From Haloquadratum walsbyi C23 (GTDB lineage Archaea > Halobacteriota > Halobacteria > Halobacteriales > Haloferacaceae), in the NCBI RefSeq assembly GCF_000237865.1, contig NC_017459.1, forward strand, positions 810,001-842,000: a stretch of 32,000 bases of DNA. Direction: 5' to 3'. The position numbers and the translations under genes are program-made. This document shows positions 1 to 8,948 of the stretch, piece after piece. The notes under the pieces are model-generated. The model was given only the letters and a program-made list of their open reading frames with translations, was not told the origin of the DNA and did not search any database. The stretch's first letter is position 1. Each line of letters opens with the position of its first letter.

Positions 1-335
1 CCCCGAGCGGGGTCGCCTGGAATTGACACTCAAATACCTTGCTGGTGTCACCCCGTTCATCATAATCCGATAACTCCCGTTGAGTGCTCACTGAGCGATT
101 TTGAGAGGAATCGTATTTTCAAGCCGGCTCAGTCAGCAGTGAATTAAACTCATTAATCCGTCGTTTGAATCTTCTTACTGCATATTTCTGTAATTCATAT
201 GACGTGATAAAATTCCATATCAGATTCACCCTCGTGATTATATTCAAGATTTGAGGCAGTTATGTTGTCCCGTCAGTAAATCTCATATTATGATGATGAG
301 TATGTTTTTTAGTACTGATTGACAATCGCCGTATC

Positions 336-1118
336 ATGAGTGAGAAGGCGACTGTCAATGAGTATATGACACAAGATGTCCAGACTGTTTCGCCGACTGA
401 CACCGTTGCCGATGTCGCTCATCAAATTAAAAATAGTGCTGGTCATACTGGATTTCCTGTTTCGGAGGGTCGGACCGTCGAGGGAGTCGTGACCGCTTGT
501 GATCTGTTATTAGTTGACGACGAAGCAGCTATCTTCACCGTCATGACCGAGGATATTATTGTTGCACATCCAGATATGGCGGTTGTTGATGCCGGACGGG
601 TTATTCTTCGATCTGGTATTCAAAAGCTCCCTGTCGTTGATGATGCCGGGAATCTCGTCGGAATTATTTCGAACACCGATGTTGTTCGGTCACAGATTGA
701 GCGTGCAACGCCAGAGAAGGTTGGAAAATTGATGCGGACGCTTGAACAAATTCATGGCATTTCAGTTGAACAGGAGCGCCGCTCAATCACACTTGATAAT
801 CTTGTTCCAACGCAAAGCCGTGTATATGGCGATGAACTTGAGGGACGACAATATGAGCTTGAACGTGGACTCGCAGAGCCTCTTGTTACAATTGACACTG
901 CTGGTGCATTACTCCTTGCCGATGGACATCACCGTGTTATGGCTGCTACAGAAGTCGGAATTGATGAAATGGAGGCATATGTCATCATCGTCAATGACCC
1001 TGTTGAGTTGGGAATGCAGCGGACGGCAAAAAAAGAGGGTCTCTATTCGATTGATGATATCGAAATCGTTGAGTATGGACGACATCCACTTGTTGAGACC
1101 ACGCGCCGACTACAGTAA
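336..1118 (+). CDS. CBS-pair domain protein fused to a ParB/sulfiredoxin-like domain
   Basis: 260-aa ORF. The N-terminal half has two CBS-like repeats (VSPTDTVADVAHQI..., KLPVVDDAGNLVGIISNTDV). The C-terminal half has the ParB-like motif LLLADGHHRV. A T-rich box (305-312) lies about 28 nt upstream of the ATG. Confidence 0.8.
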   Translation: MSEKATVNEYMTQDVQTVSPTDTVADVAHQIKNSAGHTGFPVSEGRTVEGVVTACDLLLVDDEAAIFTVMTEDIIVAHPDMAVVDAGRVILRSGIQKLPVVDDAGNLVGIISNTDVVRSQIERATPEKVGKLMRTLEQIHGISVEQERRSITLDNLVPTQSRVYGDELEGRQYELERGLAEPLVTIDTAGALLLADGHHRVMAATEVGIDEMEAYVIIVNDPVELGMQRTAKKEGLYSIDDIEIVEYGRHPLVETTRRLQ

Positions 1119-1135
1119 TAATGCTATCTGAGTGA

Positions 1136-1154
1136 TATTCAGCCAAGCTGAATA
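1136..1154. terminator. Perfect 8-bp stem hairpin between convergent genes (possible terminator)
   Basis: TATTCAGC (1136-1143), a CAA loop, then GCTGAATA (1147-1154). It lies between the stop at 1118 (+) and the stop at 1171 (-), and T-rich sequence follows. The function is inferred. Confidence 0.25.
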
Positions 1155-1170
1155 ACTGGGATTTTATATT

Positions 1171-1455
1171 TCAGTGGTTATGTCCCATTGCTTCACTCAG
1201 TGAGACACCAAAGCGATCTTCAAATAATGATTCCATTTTATCATTGCGCTCTTCAAGATCTGCTGGTGTGTCACCTTCACCGTGATGGACAACAGCATGC
1301 GATTGTTGTGCGAATGACTGAATAATCAGATCACAAACAACTGCGATCGAGTCCTCTCCTTGCTCGGTGAACATATCTGGGAGACCAGCAGGGAGTTCAA
1401 CAGTTTCAGTATTCCCGTCCGGGTCTTCAATAGTATAGGTTTCTGTTGCAACCAT
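1171..1455 (-). CDS. Small acidic hypothetical protein
   Basis: 94-aa ORF with an ATG start and a very acidic, halophile-like composition. It is the only long ORF in this interval. No family recognised. Confidence 0.6.
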   Translation of the reverse strand: MVATETYTIEDPDGNTETVELPAGLPDMFTEQGEDSIAVVCDLIIQSFAQQSHAVVHHGEGDTPADLEERNDKMESLFEDRFGVSLSEAMGHNH

Positions 1456-1568
1456 ACTACATCACAATAGCCAGCACATAAGGGTCTGTGGGACGGCGAT
1501 TGGTTATTTTATATGAGGATTTTCATATGTGATCCTCACGTCCTCAACTTCACCTACGATTACAGCCA

Positions 1569-2636
1569 TCAATCATCACTTTCGACGGCTGCCACATCAG
1601 TGTCGGCTGTTGTTGCTTGATTCTGCTCAAGATCTTCAAGATATTCATCAACGTCAAGAGCAGCCTTCACACCCATGCCGCCAGCAGTCGCTGCCTGTTG
1701 ATAGTGATAATCAACAACATCTCCTGCCGCAAAGATACCAGGTGCATCTGTCTTAGTCTGTCCCCCACCGTCACCACCTGCGGCATCAAGATATCCACGG
1801 TCATCAAGGGACACACCAGTATTGTGAAGATACTCAGTATTCGGTGTATGCCCAATTGCATAAAACACTGCTCCGACATCAAACTCAAACGTCTCCGTCT
1901 CTGGGTTATCAAGTTTTTCACTTGGGTAGCCTTCGGGATGTCGAACAAGTGTTGTATAATCAACACCGTCTTCACGCGTCCCATGTAATTCAGTTAATTC
2001 AGTGTTCCGCATAATCTCAACATCACCGTTATCGACATGCTCCATTATCCGGTCAACCCAGTAATCTTCAGCTCGGAATTCCTCACGACGATGAACGATA
2101 TAGACCGTTGAAGCGAATTTTGTGAGGAAACTAGCCTCCTCCATCGCAGCATCACCACCACCAACAACCATGATTTCTTCTCCACGGAAGAATGCTCCAT
2201 CACAAGTCGCACATGTCGAAAGTCCATATCCCATCAACTCATCCTCACCGGGAATACCGAGCGTCCGCGCGGATGCGCCTGATGCAACAATTAATGCATC
2301 TGTTGTGTATGTATCACCGTTAGATATATTCAAAATAACTGGTCGCTCATCATCGTTGACCGTCTCAACAACGCCATGACGGATATCTGCTCCAAAGCGT
2401 TCTGCTTGTGATTTCATATTTTGAATAAGCTCGGGTCCAGAAATACCCTCAGGGAATCCAGGGTAATTCTCAACCTCAGTGGTCAATGTAAGTTGCCCTC
2501 CAGGTTCATCACCCTCAAGCACCAGCGGATCATTGTTAGCTCGCCCAGCGTATATTGCCGCTGAAAGACCAGCAATTCCTGATCCGGCAATCACTAGCCG
2601 CCGGTGCTCAACAGACTCGTCAGTCTGTGCTGTCAT
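1569..2636 (-). CDS. trxB: Thioredoxin-disulfide reductase
   Basis: FAD-binding GxGxxG motif (VIAGSGIAGLSAA), redox-active CATC (STCATCDGAFF) and a second nucleotide-binding motif (VVGGGDAAMEEA). The ORF is open to 2717, but I placed the start at the internal ATG (MTAQTDE...) just before the Rossmann fold. Confidence 0.9.
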   Translation of the reverse strand: MTAQTDESVEHRRLVIAGSGIAGLSAAIYAGRANNDPLVLEGDEPGGQLTLTTEVENYPGFPEGISGPELIQNMKSQAERFGADIRHGVVETVNDDERPVILNISNGDTYTTDALIVASGASARTLGIPGEDELMGYGLSTCATCDGAFFRGEEIMVVGGGDAAMEEASFLTKFASTVYIVHRREEFRAEDYWVDRIMEHVDNGDVEIMRNTELTELHGTREDGVDYTTLVRHPEGYPSEKLDNPETETFEFDVGAVFYAIGHTPNTEYLHNTGVSLDDRGYLDAAGGDGGGQTKTDAPGIFAAGDVVDYHYQQAATAGGMGVKAALDVDEYLEDLEQNQATTADTDVAAVESDD

Positions 2637-2843
2637 ATATACTAATATTTGACTGACCCACCCTTTTAATCTTCGCTGTTGTGTGTGGGTCGCGCCCAAT
2701 AGAAATGTATAGAGCATGCAATATTATAATATAGCTCACTCTTCCATCGACAGGATTTATGCTAATCTTCCGTCTTTTGTAGGTGTGTGTATTATTTTAT
2801 ATTCGTGCGATGGTCCTTTGTGCTCGAGCGCTAACGGCTGAAT

Positions 2844-3131
2844 ATGACCGTTGAATTGATTGCAAAAACAGATCAGTATGAGCGAATGCTCGCAGACGCA
2901 CTTGAAGTGGCAGAAATCGCAGTTCCAAAGACAACCCCACTTGGTCGTGCAGCTCACGAGACGCGTGAGATGGCTCGCTCATATCTTGAGGATGGTCGGC
3001 ATTTCAGGACAGTTGATGACCCTGTCAATGCACTCGCAGCGTTTTCGTATGGATATGGCTGGCTCGATGCTGGTGTTCGGATTGGATTATTTAATATTCC
3101 TGCAGAATCAGACCTATTTACCACCTCGTGA
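2844..3131 (+). CDS. DUF357-family protein
   Basis: 95-aa ORF. The pattern ...ARSYLEDGRHF...DPVNALAAFSYGYGWLDAGVRIGL resembles the archaeal DUF357 family (assignment from memory). Confidence 0.7.
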   Translation: MTVELIAKTDQYERMLADALEVAEIAVPKTTPLGRAAHETREMARSYLEDGRHFRTVDDPVNALAAFSYGYGWLDAGVRIGLFNIPAESDLFTTS

Positions 3132-3287
3132 ATCGCCTCGGGGGTCAAGGATTGAAGTCGTTGTAATGCTCCACCTGTAGACCAGATACGGTCTCCTCAA
3201 AGTCACTATCTCGTTCTTGACATCCTCCCATGCTCAATTCGTTGGATTCTCTGTTGAAACTGTATGTGATTCCATTTCTGACATTAT

Positions 3288-4781
3288 TCATTGATTATTC
3301 ACTCGATATATTGTCTCTTCATCATTATCTTGCACTTCGATTCCAATCTCATCAAGACTATCCCGAAGTTCATCTGCTCGGTGATAATTCCCTGCCTCTC
3401 GCTCTGTCTCACGAACATCTAATATGAGTTCAATAAGTTCTTCAGCAATCTCAACCGTGCCATCACCAGTGGGTTGATCGCCAAATTTGAGTCCACATAC
3501 CTCTCCACCAAGCGCTTCGAACGCTTCAATTGCCATATATAGACCATAATAATCATATCGTTCTTGTGAGTCGAGATGTCGATTTACGCTTGTTGCGAGC
3601 TTCAGAAGGGAAGCTATTGCTTCTCGAACGTTGAAATCATTATTCATTGCGCTGGTGAATGATGACTTTGTTTCTGAGACACTCGATCGAAGAGACTCAT
3701 CTTCAACGATTGCATATGCATCAGTGCTATTGGATGCATCGACAGCCATCTCATACGCACGATTAAGCCGGTCCCATCGCTCAGTTGCCTCTGCAAGTTC
3801 GGATTGACCAAGTGTTTGCTCACTTCGGTATGCCGTTGCGAGATAAAACATTCTAATCACATTGACACCATGCTCATCGAGTGCCTGCTTAATAGTGAGA
3901 ATATTACCAATACTTGAGGACATCTTATCACCCGCTGACTGGAGTAACCCGACATGAAGCCAGTATCGAGCGAACTGTTGGTCAGTTGCTGCCTCACTTT
4001 GTGCGACTTCATTCTCATGATGCGGAAACATAAGATCACGCCCTCCAACATGAATATCTAATGTCTCATCCAGATGATCCATCGACATCGCCGAACATTC
4101 AATATGCCATCCTGGTCGCCCTTCTCCCCATGGTGCATTCCATGTCTGCCCATGAGTGGTCTCAAGTTGATCAAGTTCTTCTGACCGGTGCTCGTTCAGA
4201 TCATCTGGCTTGACACCACCAGCTTTCCATAACGCAAAGTCGGCTGGATGTCGTTTTTCAGCACGCTCATCGGCGGGAGTCTGTGCTTTCATTTCATCGA
4301 GTTGTTGGTTTGAAAGGTCACCATATCCATCAAACGCGGTAACATCAAAGTAGACAGATCCATTTGCTTCATATGCATATCCATCATCAAGTAAGGATTC
4401 AACAAGGTCGATAATTGTCGGAATATGCTCAGAAACGCGTGGATAAACCGTTGCTCGCTTGAGATTCAGTCCACGCATATCTTGAATCACACTATTTGTG
4501 AAGTGGTCTGCAACAGTCGCCTCAGTCTCACCGAGTTCGTCCTCACCGATCCGAGCAACAATCTTCTCATTGACATCGGTGAAGTTCTCTACGTGCCGGA
4601 CAGTATAACCCTGATACTCGAGCCAGCGATGCATTATATCTGCATGTACCCATAATCTGGCATGTCCCAAATGCGCGTGGTCCGAGACAGTGAGCCCACA
4701 GACGTATAACAGCACTTCATCACCACGTGGTTCAAACTCTTCGCGTTCGCCCGTTAGAGTGTTTGTCACGGACAATGTCAT
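3288..4781 (-). CDS. cysS: Cysteine--tRNA ligase
   Basis: 497 aa. HIGH-type motif (HLGHAR), KMSKS-type motif (KMSSS) and CysRS-like WGEGRPGWHIECS. Confidence 0.95.
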   Translation of the reverse strand: MTLSVTNTLTGEREEFEPRGDEVLLYVCGLTVSDHAHLGHARLWVHADIMHRWLEYQGYTVRHVENFTDVNEKIVARIGEDELGETEATVADHFTNSVIQDMRGLNLKRATVYPRVSEHIPTIIDLVESLLDDGYAYEANGSVYFDVTAFDGYGDLSNQQLDEMKAQTPADERAEKRHPADFALWKAGGVKPDDLNEHRSEELDQLETTHGQTWNAPWGEGRPGWHIECSAMSMDHLDETLDIHVGGRDLMFPHHENEVAQSEAATDQQFARYWLHVGLLQSAGDKMSSSIGNILTIKQALDEHGVNVIRMFYLATAYRSEQTLGQSELAEATERWDRLNRAYEMAVDASNSTDAYAIVEDESLRSSVSETKSSFTSAMNNDFNVREAIASLLKLATSVNRHLDSQERYDYYGLYMAIEAFEALGGEVCGLKFGDQPTGDGTVEIAEELIELILDVRETEREAGNYHRADELRDSLDEIGIEVQDNDEETIYRVNNQ

Positions 4782-4808
4782 TGATATGGGGTACTCACGT
4801 CGATGGTT

Positions 4809-5294
4809 TCAATTCGTCGGAATAACTGTCAATGCGGCTTCGACACTCCGAAGTGCGCTTGCACCCTTACGACGCGGAACAATGACAATGAACATATCTT
4901 GCAGAGTCCCAGCCGCTTTGATATTGATATCCTCCATTTGGACGCGTTCAATTGCAGTTGTGAACCCTGATATGGTCATATCGGGAACGGTATCAACAAT
5001 GATAGCAGATAACTGTCCATCAGCTGTAATGATAAATTCATTATTAAGACGCAGTAAAATATCAACGCTTGCTTCGCCTTGATTTTGAACCATATCGTGG
5101 GTATCACTCACGATATCAACACCGTGATGCATTCGGATCGGTATATCAGACTCTCCAACTGTGGTGAAGTTATTGAGACTATCGCCGAATCGACGAAGGG
5201 CTCGTGCAACTGAGTCGATATCTCCCTCAAGATCAAGAAACGATGCCGCAGCACGATAATTAATGATATCAGCACGTAATGCAGTGACAAGCAA
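4809..5294 (-). CDS. Conserved hypothetical protein with a possibly disrupted N-terminus
   Basis: 161-aa ORF with a TTG start, ending 27 nt upstream of the cysS start, so probably co-transcribed with it. An ATG-initiated 15-codon stretch (5338 downward, MSLAAETRAAARAHP) in another frame abuts the TTG (see finding). Confidence 0.6.
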   Translation of the reverse strand: MLVTALRADIINYRAAASFLDLEGDIDSVARALRRFGDSLNNFTTVGESDIPIRMHHGVDIVSDTHDMVQNQGEASVDILLRLNNEFIITADGQLSAIIVDTVPDMTISGFTTAIERVQMEDINIKAAGTLQDMFIVIVPRRKGASALRSVEAALTVIPTN

Positions 5295-5761
5295 GGATGA
5301 GCACGGGCAGCAGCGCGTGTCTCAGCAGCAAGTGACATACCGGTATATTATGCAGCGGTCGGATAGATGTACCGTCTATAGAGACCAAACGTCACAATCA
5401 GCATTTTCCTCGTGGTCATCAGAGGTTAGAGATAGTCTGAAAAACACGCCTGTTAAGATCGCATTCTCTCTGTTCACACTGCGTGACTCATCCGATATCG
5501 TGGATTCAATGCATGCCTCAGCGGGAGGCAGTGAGTGCAAAGCGCGTCGTTGAATCAGGAAGCCTGGGGCTTGACCCGGTGTGAGTTCACATCCCAGAAA
5601 CAATGCTCACATTCTGACGGAAGCGACCTATGCCAGCGGAGTAAGGTGGAGTCATTCACCCAGGGAAGCCATCATATTATGTTATGTGTATAATGGAAAA
5701 TCAAAATAATCTCCAAGAGAACCCGAAGTAAATAAGAGGACGCTAGTTGAAATATTCACAT

Positions 5762-6637
5762 ATGCAAGCCCTCGTCATTGTAGCACACGGGTCACATCTT
5801 AACCCCGATTCGTCGACTCCAACACACCAACATGCAGACACAATCCGTGCAAGCGGCGCTTTTGATGAGGTTAGAACTGGATTTTGGAAAGAAGAGCCAT
5901 CACTTCGAGAGGTGCTTCGAACCGTTGAAGCTGATGAGATCTATCTGGTTCCGCTATTTATCAGCGAAGGCTACTTTACAGAGCAAGTTATCCCTCGTGA
6001 ACTTCGATTAGACGGCTGGGATGTTTCTGAGTGGAATTCTGATGGGCTAAGTGCTGATACAGCAACGCTCGAAGCGACTGATACTGGTCAGACGATCCAT
6101 TATTGCGGTCCTGTTGGTACGCATGAAGCAATGACTGATGTACTTGTCCGACGTGCTGAAACCGTCACAGGTGATCCATCCGTTGGCGATGAATGCGGGT
6201 TCGCAGTTGTCGGTCATGGAACCGAGCGGAACGAAAACTCTGCAAAAGCAATCGAGTACCATGCTGATCGTGTTCGTGATCTTGACCGATTTGATGAGGT
6301 CCAAGCACTCTATATGGATGAGGATCCTGAAGTGGATGATGTAACTGACTTCTTTGATACCACTGACATTGTTGTTGTCCCATTATTTGTCGCGGATGGA
6401 TTCCACACACAAGAGGATATTCCAGAGGATATGGGTCTAACAGATGATTATCGAACAGGATATGATGTGCCTGCAACTGTGGATGATCATCGCATCTGGT
6501 ATGCAGGCGCCGTTGGAACAGAGGGGCTCACAGCAGATGTGATTCTTGAGCGTGCTGCTGATGCCGGGGCAGACATTTCAACAGCAATTGAAACGGTCCG
6601 TGAGCAGACTCGCGAAACAACAGTCGCGGATGATTAA
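5762..6637 (+). CDS. cbiX: Sirohydrochlorin cobaltochelatase, two-domain CbiX type
   Basis: Two CbiX-like repeats (ALVIVAHGSH...LVPLFISEGYF and GFAVVGHGTE...VVPLFVADGFH). Start taken at ATG 5762; the ORF track begins at TTG 5747. Confidence 0.85.
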   Translation: MQALVIVAHGSHLNPDSSTPTHQHADTIRASGAFDEVRTGFWKEEPSLREVLRTVEADEIYLVPLFISEGYFTEQVIPRELRLDGWDVSEWNSDGLSADTATLEATDTGQTIHYCGPVGTHEAMTDVLVRRAETVTGDPSVGDECGFAVVGHGTERNENSAKAIEYHADRVRDLDRFDEVQALYMDEDPEVDDVTDFFDTTDIVVVPLFVADGFHTQEDIPEDMGLTDDYRTGYDVPATVDDHRIWYAGAVGTEGLTADVILERAADAGADISTAIETVREQTRETTVADD

Positions 6638-7880
6638 GGTACCAGGCACCGTCAGCAAAGCGTTGATAGCCCATCTTGTCAATGTAAAAGATCAAATCAA
6701 TTTTGATGGACTTTGCGTTACCGCTGTGGATGGGGGTTACCGAATTGAGACCCCTTCGGTTGAAACGCCTACACTCACACATACAGATTTACTCAATTAT
6801 GTCACAACTGAAGAAGTCGCCCCCTATGTGACAAACTGGTATTACTGGGAATCAACCCTCTCAGAGTTGGGTCGTCACCGCCGGGCGTTCCTTCGACATG
6901 CAGAAGGTGCACATAAAAACGATGTCCCAACGCGATATAGAGCTCTTCGTTCAGATGATGGATGTCTGACTGAGTGGGGAGAGATACAAGTGACAGCAAT
7001 ACTCGATAATCGGGGTCATCGTCACTATGATATCCGACATCAAGATGATGCAAAGGTTGCACCCGAAACGCTTGAAACACATACGGACCCCCGTGATGCC
7101 CGTGAGATCTCGACATATGATGATCGCGGCCGGTATCGACCACTACAGACAGCACCATCACTCCAAACAGGATGGGTATTCCCGAATCTTGATGCACGCG
7201 ATGCAGTTGAAACGATCAATTTTCTATATCCGGCTTCAATTCCTAATTGGAATCTTGAACGCAACGGCGAGCTTGATATCACACATTGGCGTGAGACGGT
7301 TGAGCGCCAAACTGGCATCTATGGTGTTGTTGAAGAACTCCCCCGATCTGCTGTTGAGTGGGTCGCAGAAGCCTGTTGCGTAGACTCACAGTGTCTTAAA
7401 CGTCGTGAGTGGCAATATACTGATGATGATCAACTAGAGGCTGATGGTGGGACAGGAACATTTCCCTGTCGAGAACCCTGTTCGCTTGTCATCGCAGCAT
7501 CACGTCGATGGACAAAGCTTGAAGAAGAGAATGAGCGAACCTATGAGTTTGATCTGACACCATCTGAAAAGGACCAACTCGAAGCCATTATTGATGCTGT
7601 TGCTGACGGTCGTACTGATGAGATCAGAGAAGCCGATGTATATGAAGGAGCGAATCAATATCGGACTCGGTTCCTCCGTGCGAAGCGGATTGATGATGAG
7701 GGTCGTCTCTCAGGCACACCAACAGAACCATTAGCAGAATCGTCAACGAATGATGAACAACAGACTGTCATGGATGACGCTGACAATGATGTGGCAACAT
7801 CTGGAAATGAACCACATGATGGTGCTGATCACAGTAGTCAATCGGCTGAAGCTAACGGAGAAGCCAGTAAAGACGAATAA
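6630..7880 (+). CDS. CbiX-associated Cys-rich protein (DR2241-like, tentative)
   Basis: The ATG at 6630 overlaps the cbiX stop by 8 nt (GATGATTAA). The product is a 416-aa acidic protein with a Cys cluster (CCVDSQC...CREPC). The family name is from memory of cbiX neighbourhoods. Confidence 0.7.
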   Translation: MIKVPGTVSKALIAHLVNVKDQINFDGLCVTAVDGGYRIETPSVETPTLTHTDLLNYVTTEEVAPYVTNWYYWESTLSELGRHRRAFLRHAEGAHKNDVPTRYRALRSDDGCLTEWGEIQVTAILDNRGHRHYDIRHQDDAKVAPETLETHTDPRDAREISTYDDRGRYRPLQTAPSLQTGWVFPNLDARDAVETINFLYPASIPNWNLERNGELDITHWRETVERQTGIYGVVEELPRSAVEWVAEACCVDSQCLKRREWQYTDDDQLEADGGTGTFPCREPCSLVIAASRRWTKLEEENERTYEFDLTPSEKDQLEAIIDAVADGRTDEIREADVYEGANQYRTRFLRAKRIDDEGRLSGTPTEPLAESSTNDEQQTVMDDADNDVATSGNEPHDGADHSSQSAEANGEASKDE

Positions 7881-7891
7881 GACAGCTCAGA

Positions 7892-7917
7892 ATCTCAATC
7901 TGATACATCTTTGAGAT
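7892..7917. terminator. Hairpin between convergent genes (possible terminator)
   Basis: ATCTCAA (7892-7898) pairs with TTGAGAT (7911-7917) across a 12-nt loop. It lies between the stops at 7880 (+) and 7936 (-). Confidence 0.2.
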
Positions 7918-7935
7918 GTGTGAGTCATTATTTAT

Positions 7936-8535
7936 CTATATATCGAGCAGTAATCCAAGTGCGACCGCAACCACCACACCAAAAACAGTTCCGACCAACA
8001 GCACTGTAACTGAATTTGGGATAATTATCGCAATACTAACCGCAATAAAGAGTGCAATGACCGACAGTCCACCTACGGCAGCAATCCCGCCAATTTCGGT
8101 CCCAATGTTGTTTTGACTTCGAATCCATTTCCACCCACGAGTGAGGATTGTGTTATCTTCAGTGTCAGATGCTTCTTTATTTTCACCTGCCTCTGTTGTT
8201 TCATCGACGTTCGATTCTGGCGCCGCAATTGTCACAGTAACGCAGTCGGTCTTAGAGCCATATCCTGATGCAACGGTAAGTTCCCCCTCAATTGGATATT
8301 GATGAGGAGATACGCGAACGCCAACCCGGCGATTATCATCCGCTTTGACATAGTGATTGACCTCAGGCAATCGTGCTCCCTGCGACAGTTTTTCATCAAA
8401 TCGGAGGTGAACATGCACAGATTCACCCATATTTTGTAGCTCGATATCGAAATTCTCACGAGCGCTAAATGCATCAGGTGCATCAACTGCATATAGCTTC
8501 CCAGCGTTCAGCCGGATCGTGAGCGGTTCTGTCAC
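7936..8535 (-). CDS. Hypothetical membrane-anchored protein
   Basis: 199 aa with a GTG start. A soluble N-terminal part of about 130 aa is followed by an acidic linker and hydrophobic C-terminal segments (IGGIAAVGGLSVIALFIAVSIAIII; VLLVGTVFGVVVAVALGLLL). Confidence 0.7.
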   Translation of the reverse strand: MTEPLTIRLNAGKLYAVDAPDAFSARENFDIELQNMGESVHVHLRFDEKLSQGARLPEVNHYVKADDNRRVGVRVSPHQYPIEGELTVASGYGSKTDCVTVTIAAPESNVDETTEAGENKEASDTEDNTILTRGWKWIRSQNNIGTEIGGIAAVGGLSVIALFIAVSIAIIIPNSVTVLLVGTVFGVVVAVALGLLLDI

Positions 8536-8665
8536 GAAGTGGCTGACGGTGCCCGCTGCTAAAAACGTTTAGGTCATAAGCTGATCTGTTGAATGAAATT
8601 GCAGAATTTTAACCTTCACACACGACCGTATCGATTTGGCGGCACATATTACACCCTCTATTGAC

Positions 8666-8851
8666 TCACTCTTCACGCATATCCGGTGGAAGTAAGTTTG
8701 GAATTCCATCTTCGATTGGGTATACTTCACCAGTCTCTTTTCCAATGAGTCGCCCTTCGATGATTTCCTCACCATCGCGTTCATCTACCTCAAGCTCAAG
8801 CTCACTCTTGTCAAGAGGGTCACAGAGGATATCCATCAGTGACTCTTTCAT
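8666..8851 (-). CDS. Trm112-family small protein (methyltransferase activator-like)
   Basis: 61 aa. The pattern ILCDPLDKSEL...GRL...GEVYPIEDGIPNLLP is typical of the Trm112/UPF0434 family. Confidence 0.8.
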   Translation of the reverse strand: MKESLMDILCDPLDKSELELEVDERDGEEIIEGRLIGKETGEVYPIEDGIPNLLPPDMREE

Positions 8852-8948
8852 CGATAACAGCGAGGATTGCGGTGGTAAAAAGACTACGGGTTCTTGCTTT
8901 CTTTACATCCTCTCTGGACCAGTAGGCTTCTCTTTTAATTCATTGTAA

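Noticed and set aside
1-147. Possible gene end or start at the left edge. One reading is a plus-strand frame ending at TAA 71-73 (…GRLELTLKYLAGVTPFIIIR). The other is a minus-strand ATG at 63 (MMNGVTPARYL…).
   Set aside because: Only about 20 codons are visible. The two readings share third-codon positions, so composition cannot discriminate between them, and no motif is recognisable.
5520-5615. Possible RNase P RNA or SRP RNA. GTGAGT (about 5531) can pair with GCTCAC (about 5605) like a P4 helix, CAGAAAC resembles CR-V, and GACGGAAGCGACC is vaguely SRP helix-8-like.
   Set aside because: The P4-like partners are only about 70 nt apart, whereas RNase P RNA needs several hundred. No GGAAAGUCC-type CR-I is present and there is no GGAAGGAAGCA-type SRP motif. 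It is kept only as an unassigned structured patch.
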